Shown here one piece after another: positions 15,415 to 23,967 of a stretch of DNA of 24,000 nt. Numbering within the stretch: position 1 is the stretch's first letter; every line of letters begins with the position of its first letter. The notes under the pieces were generated by a model that was not told the origin of the DNA, did no database searches, and was given only the letters and a program-made list of their open reading frames with translations. This DNA comes from Acaryochloris thomasi RCC1774. Its GTDB lineage: Bacteria; Cyanobacteriota; Cyanobacteriia; Thermosynechococcales; Thermosynechococcaceae. The DNA lies in contig NZ_PQWO01000015.1 in assembly GCF_003231495.1 (NCBI RefSeq), positions 1,493 through 25,492 of the forward strand. The letters are read 5' to 3'. The position numbers were made by a program, and so were the translations under genes.

Positions 15415-16338
15415 TTAGCGATCATTGGTAATATCCTGAGCGATCTGGGCTGCAATTCCGGGCAAACATGCCAAGGTCTTGGGGCGTCTGAGCTGGAAAA
15501 GGGGACAGGCTTGGGCAAGCGCCGCACATTGAGAAAAATGCGCGCTATCTCGAGCAGGCAAGATGACTTTGAGACCAGCAAATCGCAGGAGTTCGATGAC
15601 GGCTTTTTGCGGTGATAGAGGGGTGATGCTCAACTGTGGGTCGGTGCTGAGAATAAAAATACGGTCGAGTTTTTGGGGTTCACAGACGGGTGGATCGATT
15701 CTGTAGAGATGTTTTTCAGACAGCAAGGGCTGTGAAGGCGCTTTGATCTTGAGTGCTTGGGCCATCTGAGGATTGAGCTTGATAGGAGTACCTGCGATCG
15801 CAACTCTGATTGGCGTAGATAAATCAATCACCGTCAGATCATCGGTGAGCAGTAGGTGGCCTTGGGCATGGAGCGCTGCCGCCATCGAGGACTTACCCTC
15901 ACCAGAATCGGCAAGAAAGACCACGGCTTTACCTGCGATACTGACGGCGCTGCCGTGGAGCACCAATCGCCCCCTTTGATAGCAGATCAGGGCCATCACA
16001 ATGCCGGTAATCGCTTGGCGAATCCCTTCTGGCGAGGCGTCGGGCACTGGGATAACGGTGACCTGAATACCGCTCTGCAGCAAAAAAACGCCCACACCTT
16101 TGAGATACACCACGGCCGAATCGGGTGTTACCTGAAAGCCCAGGGGCTGCGGCAGCAGTTCCTCAGGAATGTGATCGCGGTAATCTCCTTCTTGGAGCCG
16201 AATCGTAACGGGGTTCGCTTCAGGTATCTCGGCTGTGGAGAGTTCAGGAAAAGGGATATCAGAAAGAAGCGTCAACCCAAAGGCCGTGTGGACGTGCTGT
16301 TGAGCTGGCAATGGGTGCGTCAAATTGCGGGGTGACAC
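15415..16338 (-). CDS. HPr kinase/phosphorylase C-terminal-domain-like P-loop protein (HprK-related kinase)
   Basis: 'LVLHGSAVSIAGKAVVFLADSGEGKSSMAAALHAQGHLLLTDDLTVI' matches the HprK C-terminal core (HG..v...G.gvl..G.SG.GKS..a..L...G..lv.DD). GTG at 16338 is the only available start. It is the first gene of the co-directional string after ligA. Confidence 0.75.
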   Translation of the reverse strand: MSPRNLTHPLPAQQHVHTAFGLTLLSDIPFPELSTAEIPEANPVTIRLQEGDYRDHIPEELLPQPLGFQVTPDSAVVYLKGVGVFLLQSGIQVTVIPVPDASPEGIRQAITGIVMALICYQRGRLVLHGSAVSIAGKAVVFLADSGEGKSSMAAALHAQGHLLLTDDLTVIDLSTPIRVAIAGTPIKLNPQMAQALKIKAPSQPLLSEKHLYRIDPPVCEPQKLDRIFILSTDPQLSITPLSPQKAVIELLRFAGLKVILPARDSAHFSQCAALAQACPLFQLRRPKTLACLPGIAAQIAQDITNDR

Positions 16339-16468
16339 GCTGTTCGGCTTCCGATACGAGAGATGGCGGGTGAATTGCGCCCCAATCTTAACTCATGGAT
16401 CCAGAAACAGGAAGGTTCAGGCCACATGGGTGTGAGAGATGAACGCTGAGCCTGAGAGTCTCCCGATA

Positions 16469-18508
<2,040 letters not shown>

Positions 18509-18555
18509 TCAAGGGTTCGTTGTCGCTTGTAGACTCATCTGCACAGACCGTTATA

Positions 18556-18855
18556 CTACGCATCCGTGGCGGGTTCAGTACCAGATGAATTGCCGCCATA
18601 GCTGAAGAAAGCCAGAAATGCGATCGCAAAGTCCAGGCTTGCCGGTCCCAGCAGCCCGACAATAGACTGAATACTGCCGTACTTTTCGGTATAGACATAC
18701 AGGCCAATATTGGCAATCCCGAACAAAAACCAGGTGAGCCAACTGACCCCTGCGGCGGACCGACGCTTGAAAATATCTGTGAGCTGAATCAGCGTCGCCA
18801 TCGGAATAATGACGGCGGGTAGCCAACCCGACAAACTCACAACCGTTGCATTCAT
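18556..18855 (-). CDS. Small three-TM membrane protein, SemiSWEET / PQ-loop-like
   Basis: 99 aa. 'PMATLIQLTDIFKRRSAAGVSWLTWFLFGIANIGLYVY' aligns by eye with the SemiSWEET core (..PQ..k..KtrSa.giS...........lw..Y), with the PQ dipeptide replaced by IQ. The overlapping ORFs 18575..18868 and 18486..18716 lack any such pattern. Confidence 0.55.
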   Translation of the reverse strand: MNATVVSLSGWLPAVIIPMATLIQLTDIFKRRSAAGVSWLTWFLFGIANIGLYVYTEKYGSIQSIVGLLGPASLDFAIAFLAFFSYGGNSSGTEPATDA

Positions 18856-18989
18856 ATCCAGTACTCATAGAGGTGATCTGCCCACTGCCTAGTGTCGCTC
18901 AAGATCTCTGCGGTGACTAGTCCCTTGGCCCTTTGAGCTGTGGGGACTTTATAAGGGGGTCCGGCCAGCGCAACTCGAAAGGAGAAGCG

Positions 18990-19049
18990 ATGCTAATGGC
19001 GTTCGCGACCTCCGTCATTCACCCCAACAAGCTTAGTGACACTCGATAA
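18990..19049 (+). CDS. Candidate small ORF (19 aa, MLMAFATSVIHPNKLSDTR)
   Basis: An AAAGGAG Shine-Dalgarno sequence (18978-18984) lies 5 nt upstream of the ATG at 18990. The TAA stop (19047-19049) sits in the loop of a perfect 10-bp hairpin. An intrinsic terminator lies about 70 nt downstream. Whether it is translated cannot be judged from sequence alone. Confidence 0.25.
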   Translation: MLMAFATSVIHPNKLSDTR

Positions 19050-19059
19050 AGTGTCACTA
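19034..19059 (+). other. Perfect 10-bp inverted repeat / stem-loop (TAGTGACACT-cgataa-AGTGTCACTA)
   Basis: I checked the base pairing position by position: 19034-19043 pairs with 19059-19050, leaving a 6-nt loop. Confidence 0.6.
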
Positions 19060-19118
19060 CCTCGACAGACACCGGGAAGCAGCAGGGTATTGTTTAGCTC
19101 GTGAGGAGTGATTCAAAC

Positions 19119-19168
19119 AAAAAGCCCCGGGAGTCGAAACAAGGAAAGACGTCCTAGGGCTTTTTTTT
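19119..19168 (+). terminator. Rho-independent terminator (potentially bidirectional)
   Basis: The stem GCCC(C)GGGAG.../...GTCC(TA)GGGC pairs 19124-19135 with 19148-19160, with one mismatch, one G-U pair and one bulge. It is followed by T8 (19161-19168) and preceded by an A5 tract. It lies between divergently oriented genes, so it ends an otherwise unannotated plus-strand transcript. Confidence 0.6.
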
Positions 19169-19225
19169 ATTGGTGCATTTAGAGACCTCACCGGTCTTCG
19201 CCGAAATCTCATCCTTTCTGTACCC

Positions 19226-19660
19226 ATGAGCCTCGTTCCTGAAGTTCGGCTTGCAAATGAAACCGACAGCGTCTCTATTGCAAATCTCCTTAGCACTTTG
19301 GGATACCCCTGTTCAGATACGGCTGTCCGTCGTCGGTTGGCAAAGCTTGTGGCAGGCAGTTCAGTTACGTTCGTCGCGGTTTCGGACTCTCGCATTATTG
19401 GTTTAGTCTCTGCACACAAAGTTCCTCTGCTGCATGAGGATGGTTGTGCCGCAATCATGACCTCATTGGTCGTTGACCAAAGGTCCCGCAGCAAAGGCGT
19501 TGGACGCTGCTTAGTCAACAATATTATGAGTTGGGCAGGAAAAGCAGATTGCCTAAAACTGACCGTAACAAGTTCCCTTTGTCGTGATCAGGCTCATTCA
19601 TTCTATCGACACATAGGGTTTGACCAAAACGGTTACCGCTTCACAATGAGGCTTGAATAG
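19226..19660 (+). CDS. GNAT family N-acetyltransferase
   Basis: 144 aa. The acetyl-CoA-binding motif A is 'LVVDQRSRSKGVGRCLV' (Q/R-x-x-G-x-G/A). The C-terminal 'AHSFYRHIGF' is typical of motif B. Confidence 0.85.
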   Translation: MSLVPEVRLANETDSVSIANLLSTLGYPCSDTAVRRRLAKLVAGSSVTFVAVSDSRIIGLVSAHKVPLLHEDGCAAIMTSLVVDQRSRSKGVGRCLVNNIMSWAGKADCLKLTVTSSLCRDQAHSFYRHIGFDQNGYRFTMRLE

Positions 19661-19865
19661 CATGGAGTCACTACGCTTGGCGCATAGGATTTTCCTGCAG
19701 GTAAGCGTCATGCTCTATCAATGAACCATGGGTGACATCGTCTTGCCAATCCAAGGATATATTTCCACTTAAGTCCCCTGTCACGTTTGGAACTTTCCCT
19801 TTGGGCCACTGGTCTCAAAAGCTACCAACACGCCAATCCCACGGCGTCGCATTGAGGAGATCCCC

Positions 19866-20519
19866 ATGACACAACCGCGACTAACAACCCAGGCCGGACT
19901 TGCAACCTTAATCGCCCTAGGACTGAGCGCCGGCAGTTTGACACCGCTCCTAGCACCGCAGCCCGCTACCGCACAAATTTTCCGTCGTTCCGATGGTCGG
20001 CTCAAGATTGCAGAGGGAACGAAGATCCGAACCACTCGTTCAGGCGCTAAGCGCATTATCATCAACCCGGACGAAAGCATGCCCATCTCACTGACCACGA
20101 CCCAAGCGGTCCGCTCCAGAAGAGGCACTGTTGTGATCCCACGCGGCAGCACCATCAGAGGAAAGTTGGCACCTCGACGAGGCGGCACTCAGTTTATTGC
20201 CGACTCCTTGATCCTTAAAGACGGAGGACGGTTCAACATTAGGGCTAATTCTGACGTTATTACCCGCACCAGAGAAGTTGATAGAGGTCGCCGAACCGAT
20301 CCCATCTGGCAGGGTGCGCTTGTCGGGGGAGCCGCCACCGCTGCAATCTCTGAGATCTTTGGTGAAGCCGGTATCTTCAAAGTGCTGGCGGGTTCAGGTG
20401 CAGGTGCTTTGGGCGGATTTCTCTTAGGCGGTCGGGATAAGGCTGAAGTCAGGGTGATAGACCCACAAACCGACCTAGATTTGACTTTAAGGTCTGATTT
20501 ATTCCTGAGTCGTTCCTAA
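19866..20519 (+). CDS. Secreted hypothetical protein with C-terminal glycine-zipper segment
   Basis: A GAGGAG Shine-Dalgarno sequence lies 6 nt upstream of the ATG. The signal peptide is 'LATLIALGLSAGSLTPLLAPQPATAQ'. The middle is Arg-rich and beta-like, and the Gly/Ala-rich segment is 'GALVGGAATAAISEIFGEAGIFKVLAGSGAGALGGFLLGG'. I recognised no family. Confidence 0.7.
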   Translation: MTQPRLTTQAGLATLIALGLSAGSLTPLLAPQPATAQIFRRSDGRLKIAEGTKIRTTRSGAKRIIINPDESMPISLTTTQAVRSRRGTVVIPRGSTIRGKLAPRRGGTQFIADSLILKDGGRFNIRANSDVITRTREVDRGRRTDPIWQGALVGGAATAAISEIFGEAGIFKVLAGSGAGALGGFLLGGRDKAEVRVIDPQTDLDLTLRSDLFLSRS

Positions 20520-21016
20520 TGGGCGGCGAGATTCGCATCGGCTTGGCAGGCTTCTACGAGACGGAGATCGTTATCGCTGACCTCACCGATGGGGTGATAA
20601 GAATTAAGGCTCACAGTATGTCTGTAAACCTGCTGCTCATAGCCCATGACCGTCAGCTCTAACTGCTTGGCCTTGAGATCGCCGCGAAAACAGTCAAAGG
20701 AGGACTGAGGCATATAGAACGCGCCAATCACTCGCTGGTTTCGAACTCGGAAGACAAAATATTCTGTCTGTGCCTGTTCTGGCTTCTGAGTTCTGCCATA
20801 CAGGTAAGTCCCATCTTGCAGACTGGGCTGGGCCTTCAAAGAAACCGCAACGGCGCTGCTTTCTTGCTGTTGCCATTCGGGCTGTTGAGCCTGAACCTCA
20901 GCCCCCTGCATGCTCAATCCAGCACCACTGAATAGAGCAAGCCACAGTATCTTCTTACAGAGAGAGGCTGAGAGAAATAACCGGGCTTTGCCAATATGTA
21001 AATGTGGAACCAACAT
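20516..21016 (-). CDS. Secreted hypothetical protein
   Basis: 166 aa with an ATG at 21016. The N-terminal hydrophobic signal-like segment is 'ILWLALFSGAGLSMQGAEVQA', followed by a Gln-rich linker and then a globular region with two Cys residues. I recognised no family. Confidence 0.6.
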   Translation of the reverse strand: MLVPHLHIGKARLFLSASLCKKILWLALFSGAGLSMQGAEVQAQQPEWQQQESSAVAVSLKAQPSLQDGTYLYGRTQKPEQAQTEYFVFRVRNQRVIGAFYMPQSSFDCFRGDLKAKQLELTVMGYEQQVYRHTVSLNSYHPIGEVSDNDLRLVEACQADANLAAH

Positions 21017-21336
21017 GTCTCAAACCGCCAAACGGTAAATCATCAGAACCTAAGGCAAAACGCGGATCCTATCTCAACCTCATCTCAGCTCTATACCTCT
21101 GTTATAGCCTTGAAAAATTAAATAAACGAGATACGAAAGGAATCAAAGCTGTAATGGCTCTGTTCTCTCATTCTCTCTGGTTAACAGTGTGTTCCAGGTG
21201 AGATCGTTACAATTTCTCAAATCTTGATAAAAAGCTTCGCATTTTGGCTCGATTTATTGCCTTGAGTGTGTGTTTATCTTAGCTTTGACGCTTTTATCAA
21301 TGCTTCTTCCCTAAGATATATTTTTCTTTTTTCAAC

Positions 21337-22074
21337 TTATATTCTTTGCTCTGTTTTTTGCAGCGGAGAGAGGGGGCGATACCACCTTGCAAGATGGTGA
21401 GGACTGACCCCCAGATAGTAGAGCGATAGCAAAATCCAGTTCCTGAGGGTGCAGAACAAGATCCCTTCTTGTTCCCAGCGCCGTGCCGATACGGAGACGC
21501 GATCGCAAATCAAAGCAATCGGCAGCCGCTGGCGTTTGAGCCGTCGCATCAGATCTACGTCTTCCAGAATCGGGAAATCAGGGTAGCCCCCCAGAGCATG
21601 AAAGGTCGTACGGGCGATAAAGATCGCCTGATCACCGTAAGGAAGACGCGTCAGGCGCGTGCGCAAACTGGCCCCACGACTGATCCACCCCAAAATCCAG
21701 CGAGGAGAATCGATAGAAAAATCGAAGGCTCCAGCGACCGCCTTCGTCTTTTCGATGGTGTATACAATTTTCTGCAGTGCTTGGGATGGCAGCCTTGTAT
21801 CAGCATGGAGAAATAGTAGAATGCGGCCCTGGGCACATTCTGCTCCAGCGTTCATTTGATGACCTCGTCCAGCCTTAGCCACAACACCCACAGTACCCTG
21901 CGGAAGATATTGCAGCGTCGATCCTTGAGGATCACCATCAACCACAATGACTTCATAGGCGATCGAGCCTGCGATTGCGGCGATCTGCTCTAAGGTACGT
22001 GCGATGGTGACCCCCTCATGGAGAACCGGAACAATCACAGAAATATCAGGTGCGACAACGCTCGAAGATGTCAT
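21337..22074 (-). CDS. Glycosyltransferase family 2 (TIGR04283-like)
   Basis: 'ISVIVPVLHEG', 'VIVVDGDPQGST' and 'LLFLHADTRLP' are GT2 (GT-A) signatures. The 245-aa size and the pairing with a DUF2064 gene fit the TIGR04283 family. Confidence 0.8.
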   Translation of the reverse strand: MTSSSVVAPDISVIVPVLHEGVTIARTLEQIAAIAGSIAYEVIVVDGDPQGSTLQYLPQGTVGVVAKAGRGHQMNAGAECAQGRILLFLHADTRLPSQALQKIVYTIEKTKAVAGAFDFSIDSPRWILGWISRGASLRTRLTRLPYGDQAIFIARTTFHALGGYPDFPILEDVDLMRRLKRQRLPIALICDRVSVSARRWEQEGILFCTLRNWILLSLYYLGVSPHHLARWYRPLSPLQKTEQRI

Positions 22075-22771
22075 GCTGATGTCGACTTAGATACGCCATG
22101 CTCTGGGACTGCTGGCCCTGCTGATTCTGCTGGTAGAACCGCTGCAGTTCATTTAGGGTATCGATATCATACCAAGTGGGCAGCTCATAGATAGGCCGAG
22201 CATGGTGTTCAAGGATTCTTAGGGTTTGTGATCGCACCTTCTCCGTGCTCCACTCAATCCCCTGAAACACCTGCGGGCAATAATTTTCAGCAGTGAAACC
22301 AAGGGCATAGTAGCCCCCATCCTCACTGGGGCCTAAAACCACCTGCCCCGCCGCTAGCTGCTCAAGCGCTGTCTGCAGGTAGTTCAGGGGCAGATCGGGA
22401 CTATCGCTGCCAACGATTAAAGCCTGCTCATATCCCAACTCAAAGCAGCGGTTGAAAGCATGGGACATGCGATCGCCCAACGCCTTCCCCTGCTGCGGAT
22501 AATATTGCTGCCCCTTCAACCACTCAGCAATCTGGAGCCGAGCGTCATCGGGGGCAAAAAAGATCAGGGGTATTACAGGGAGCTGACAAAGGGTTACCAG
22601 CACGTCCTGGGCAAAGTAGGTATATAGCTCAGCCGCGCGTTCGTTGCCAATCGTTTTTCCTAAACGCGTTTTCACTTTGCCTGGGTAGGGCGCTTTGACA
22701 AACATCAGTACGCAGGCTTTTCCCTGCACTGGCAAGCTAGCGCTTATGCTCTGTGTCGAAAGATCGTTCAT
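22046..22771 (-). CDS. DUF2064 / TIGR04282-like nucleotidyl- or glycosyl-transferase
   Basis: The N-terminal 'VLMFVKAPYPGKVKTRL' is the hallmark DUF2064 motif, with 'LIVGSDSPDLP' and 'GPSEDGGYYALG' further on. Its 3' end overlaps the GT2 start by 29 nt. Confidence 0.8.
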   Translation of the reverse strand: MNDLSTQSISASLPVQGKACVLMFVKAPYPGKVKTRLGKTIGNERAAELYTYFAQDVLVTLCQLPVIPLIFFAPDDARLQIAEWLKGQQYYPQQGKALGDRMSHAFNRCFELGYEQALIVGSDSPDLPLNYLQTALEQLAAGQVVLGPSEDGGYYALGFTAENYCPQVFQGIEWSTEKVRSQTLRILEHHARPIYELPTWYDIDTLNELQRFYQQNQQGQQSQSMAYLSRHQHDIFERCRT

Positions 22772-22953
22772 ACCCTATATTTTCCTACAGCGTCCCACAA
22801 CGGCAGCGTTTAACCCCCAGCTCAGTGGAACCAATTTAGAGACGCAAGACAAGTTGACTCAGGAACCTGATGCTCAGGAACAACGTCCAGCTATCAAAGT
22901 GCCATAGTCGCTTCTCACTCCATCTTAATAATCCTTAGTTAGGAGATTAACCG

Positions 22954-23352
22954 ATGCCAAGCACATGGACTCAAAAGCTTATCCCCAGCTGTTTAACCGC
23001 AGCCGTCGCTTCTGTCGCATTATTCCCAATCCAGCCTGCAGCCGCTGTCCCTGATATCTTGCGGGATATCGGAGTAGGCGCAGGAACAAATGTTGTGACC
23101 GGCGCAGTAACCCGTGATGGTTCCGCTGCGGGGAATGCCGTAGGGGGGGCTGCCTCAGGCGCAGCCGTCAACGCAACTCGTAGAGCCACAGGCGCACGAC
23201 GCAACCGGAATTCAACCGGTGGCTTAGCCCGTGATGCAGCCGTTGGCGCTGCCGCAAACACCGTTACCGGTGAAATCACCAATAACGGCTCCACCGTCGG
23301 CAATATCGTTCGAGGTGCAGCCACAGGTGTTCTCATCAATATCCTCGATTAG
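22954..23352 (+). CDS. Secreted Gly/Ala-rich protein with an internal tandem duplication
   Basis: An AGGAG Shine-Dalgarno sequence lies 9 nt upstream of the ATG. The signal peptide is 'CLTAAVASVALFPIQPAAA'. Two roughly 39-aa repeats flank a basic linker (TRRATGARRNRNSTGG). The antisense ORF 22971..23339 is a GC-rich mirror artefact. Confidence 0.7.
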   Translation: MPSTWTQKLIPSCLTAAVASVALFPIQPAAAVPDILRDIGVGAGTNVVTGAVTRDGSAAGNAVGGAASGAAVNATRRATGARRNRNSTGGLARDAAVGAAANTVTGEITNNGSTVGNIVRGAATGVLINILD

Positions 23353-23400
23353 TCATCTATCAAGACTCTTATAGGATCCAGGTCTGCAGATTCATGAGGG

Positions 23401-23445
23401 GCAGCAGGCAATCGACAAGCTTTCCATGCATCAATTGCCTGTTGC
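23401..23445. other. 12-bp stem-loop between convergent genes (possible transcription stop or RNA-stability element)
   Basis: GCAGCAGGCAAT (23401-23412) pairs with ATTGCCTGTTGC (23434-23445), giving 11 Watson-Crick pairs and one G-U pair around a 21-nt loop. There is no flanking U-tract on either strand, so it is not a canonical intrinsic terminator. Confidence 0.35.
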
Positions 23446-23469
23446 TGTCTCTGCTTCAAAACGTAGCGA

Positions 23470-23967
23470 TTAGGGTAGCCAACTCCCTAATAACTCTTGC
23501 AGCATTACCATCGCCTCTGCACGCGACTGCCCAGTATTGTCTTGATGACGCTGCCAGAACTTATTCCACCAATCTTCAGGCTGCTGTTTCGGTCCTTCAT
23601 ATTCAGTGGGGCGTCCTGTCTCACCTTCAACCACCAAACTACCCACATAATCGGCATCTTCGTAGACACGGGCAATCTGCTGATGAATCGCCTTCATATC
23701 AGTTTCTGAGACAGCCCCATTACTGGTCGCCTTATAGAACTGAACGGTTACCCGAATGGGCAACTTAGGGTCTCGCTCAATCTCAAGGGCATCAATTTCA
23801 GTAAACGGCCCTTCCACCTCACCGTGGCCAATCACAGCGGCTTCAACGTCGCTCCTCTTTTCAAACGCAGCATCCTCTTCAGGCGCACCGACTGCCAGCG
23901 GTAGAAGCTCTTGGTCACCAAACGTCAGCGGCTGCTTTTGCTTCAGCGGCACTTGAATCAGCATCAC
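23470..23967 (-). CDS. Hypothetical acidic protein (possibly longer; frame open to window end)
   Basis: The track ORF is 165 aa and starts GTG-ATG at 23967/23964. The same frame has no stop between 23968 and 24000 (…SEAAEEKGLNLV-MLIQV…), so the true N-terminus may lie outside the window. I recognised no motif. Confidence 0.55.
   Translation of the reverse strand: MMLIQVPLKQKQPLTFGDQELLPLAVGAPEEDAAFEKRSDVEAAVIGHGEVEGPFTEIDALEIERDPKLPIRVTVQFYKATSNGAVSETDMKAIHQQIARVYEDADYVGSLVVEGETGRPTEYEGPKQQPEDWWNKFWQRHQDNTGQSRAEAMVMLQELLGSWLP

Noticed and set aside
15856-16335. 159-aa plus-strand ORF, together with 15773..15979, 17259..17645, 17267..17602, 17880..18125, 11585..11926, 14821..15141, 21469..21816 and 19057..19521, all antisense to or nested in strong genes
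   Set aside because: Each lies entirely inside a longer ORF carrying clear family motifs (HprK-like, LigA, ABC, exosortase, GT2, GNAT). Their Arg/Ser/Pro-rich composition is typical of off-frame translation of GC-rich coding DNA.
19072-19087. CCGGGAAGCAGCAGGG, reminiscent of the GGAAGCAGCC core of SRP (4.5S/ffs) RNA helix 8
   Set aside because: The flanking sequence does not provide the GNRA tetraloop closing stem, the symmetric-loop partner (AGGUC...) or a complementary 5'/3' helix. The resemblance is limited to about 9 nt.
21017-21336. AT-rich 320-nt spacer examined for a terminator or sRNA downstream of the GT2 gene
   Set aside because: Only trivial palindromes (for example AAGCTT) and weak 2-3 bp stems were found. 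There is no stable hairpin with a U-tract. It is best explained as an ordinary promoter/3'-UTR spacer.
22971-23339. 122-aa minus-strand ORF fully antisense to the Gly/Ala-rich secreted protein gene
   Set aside because: It is a mirror-image open frame produced by GC-rich Gly/Ala codons (GCN/GGN read as NGC/NCC). It has no Shine-Dalgarno sequence or signal peptide, whereas the plus-strand gene has AGGAG plus a signal peptide and an internal repeat structure.
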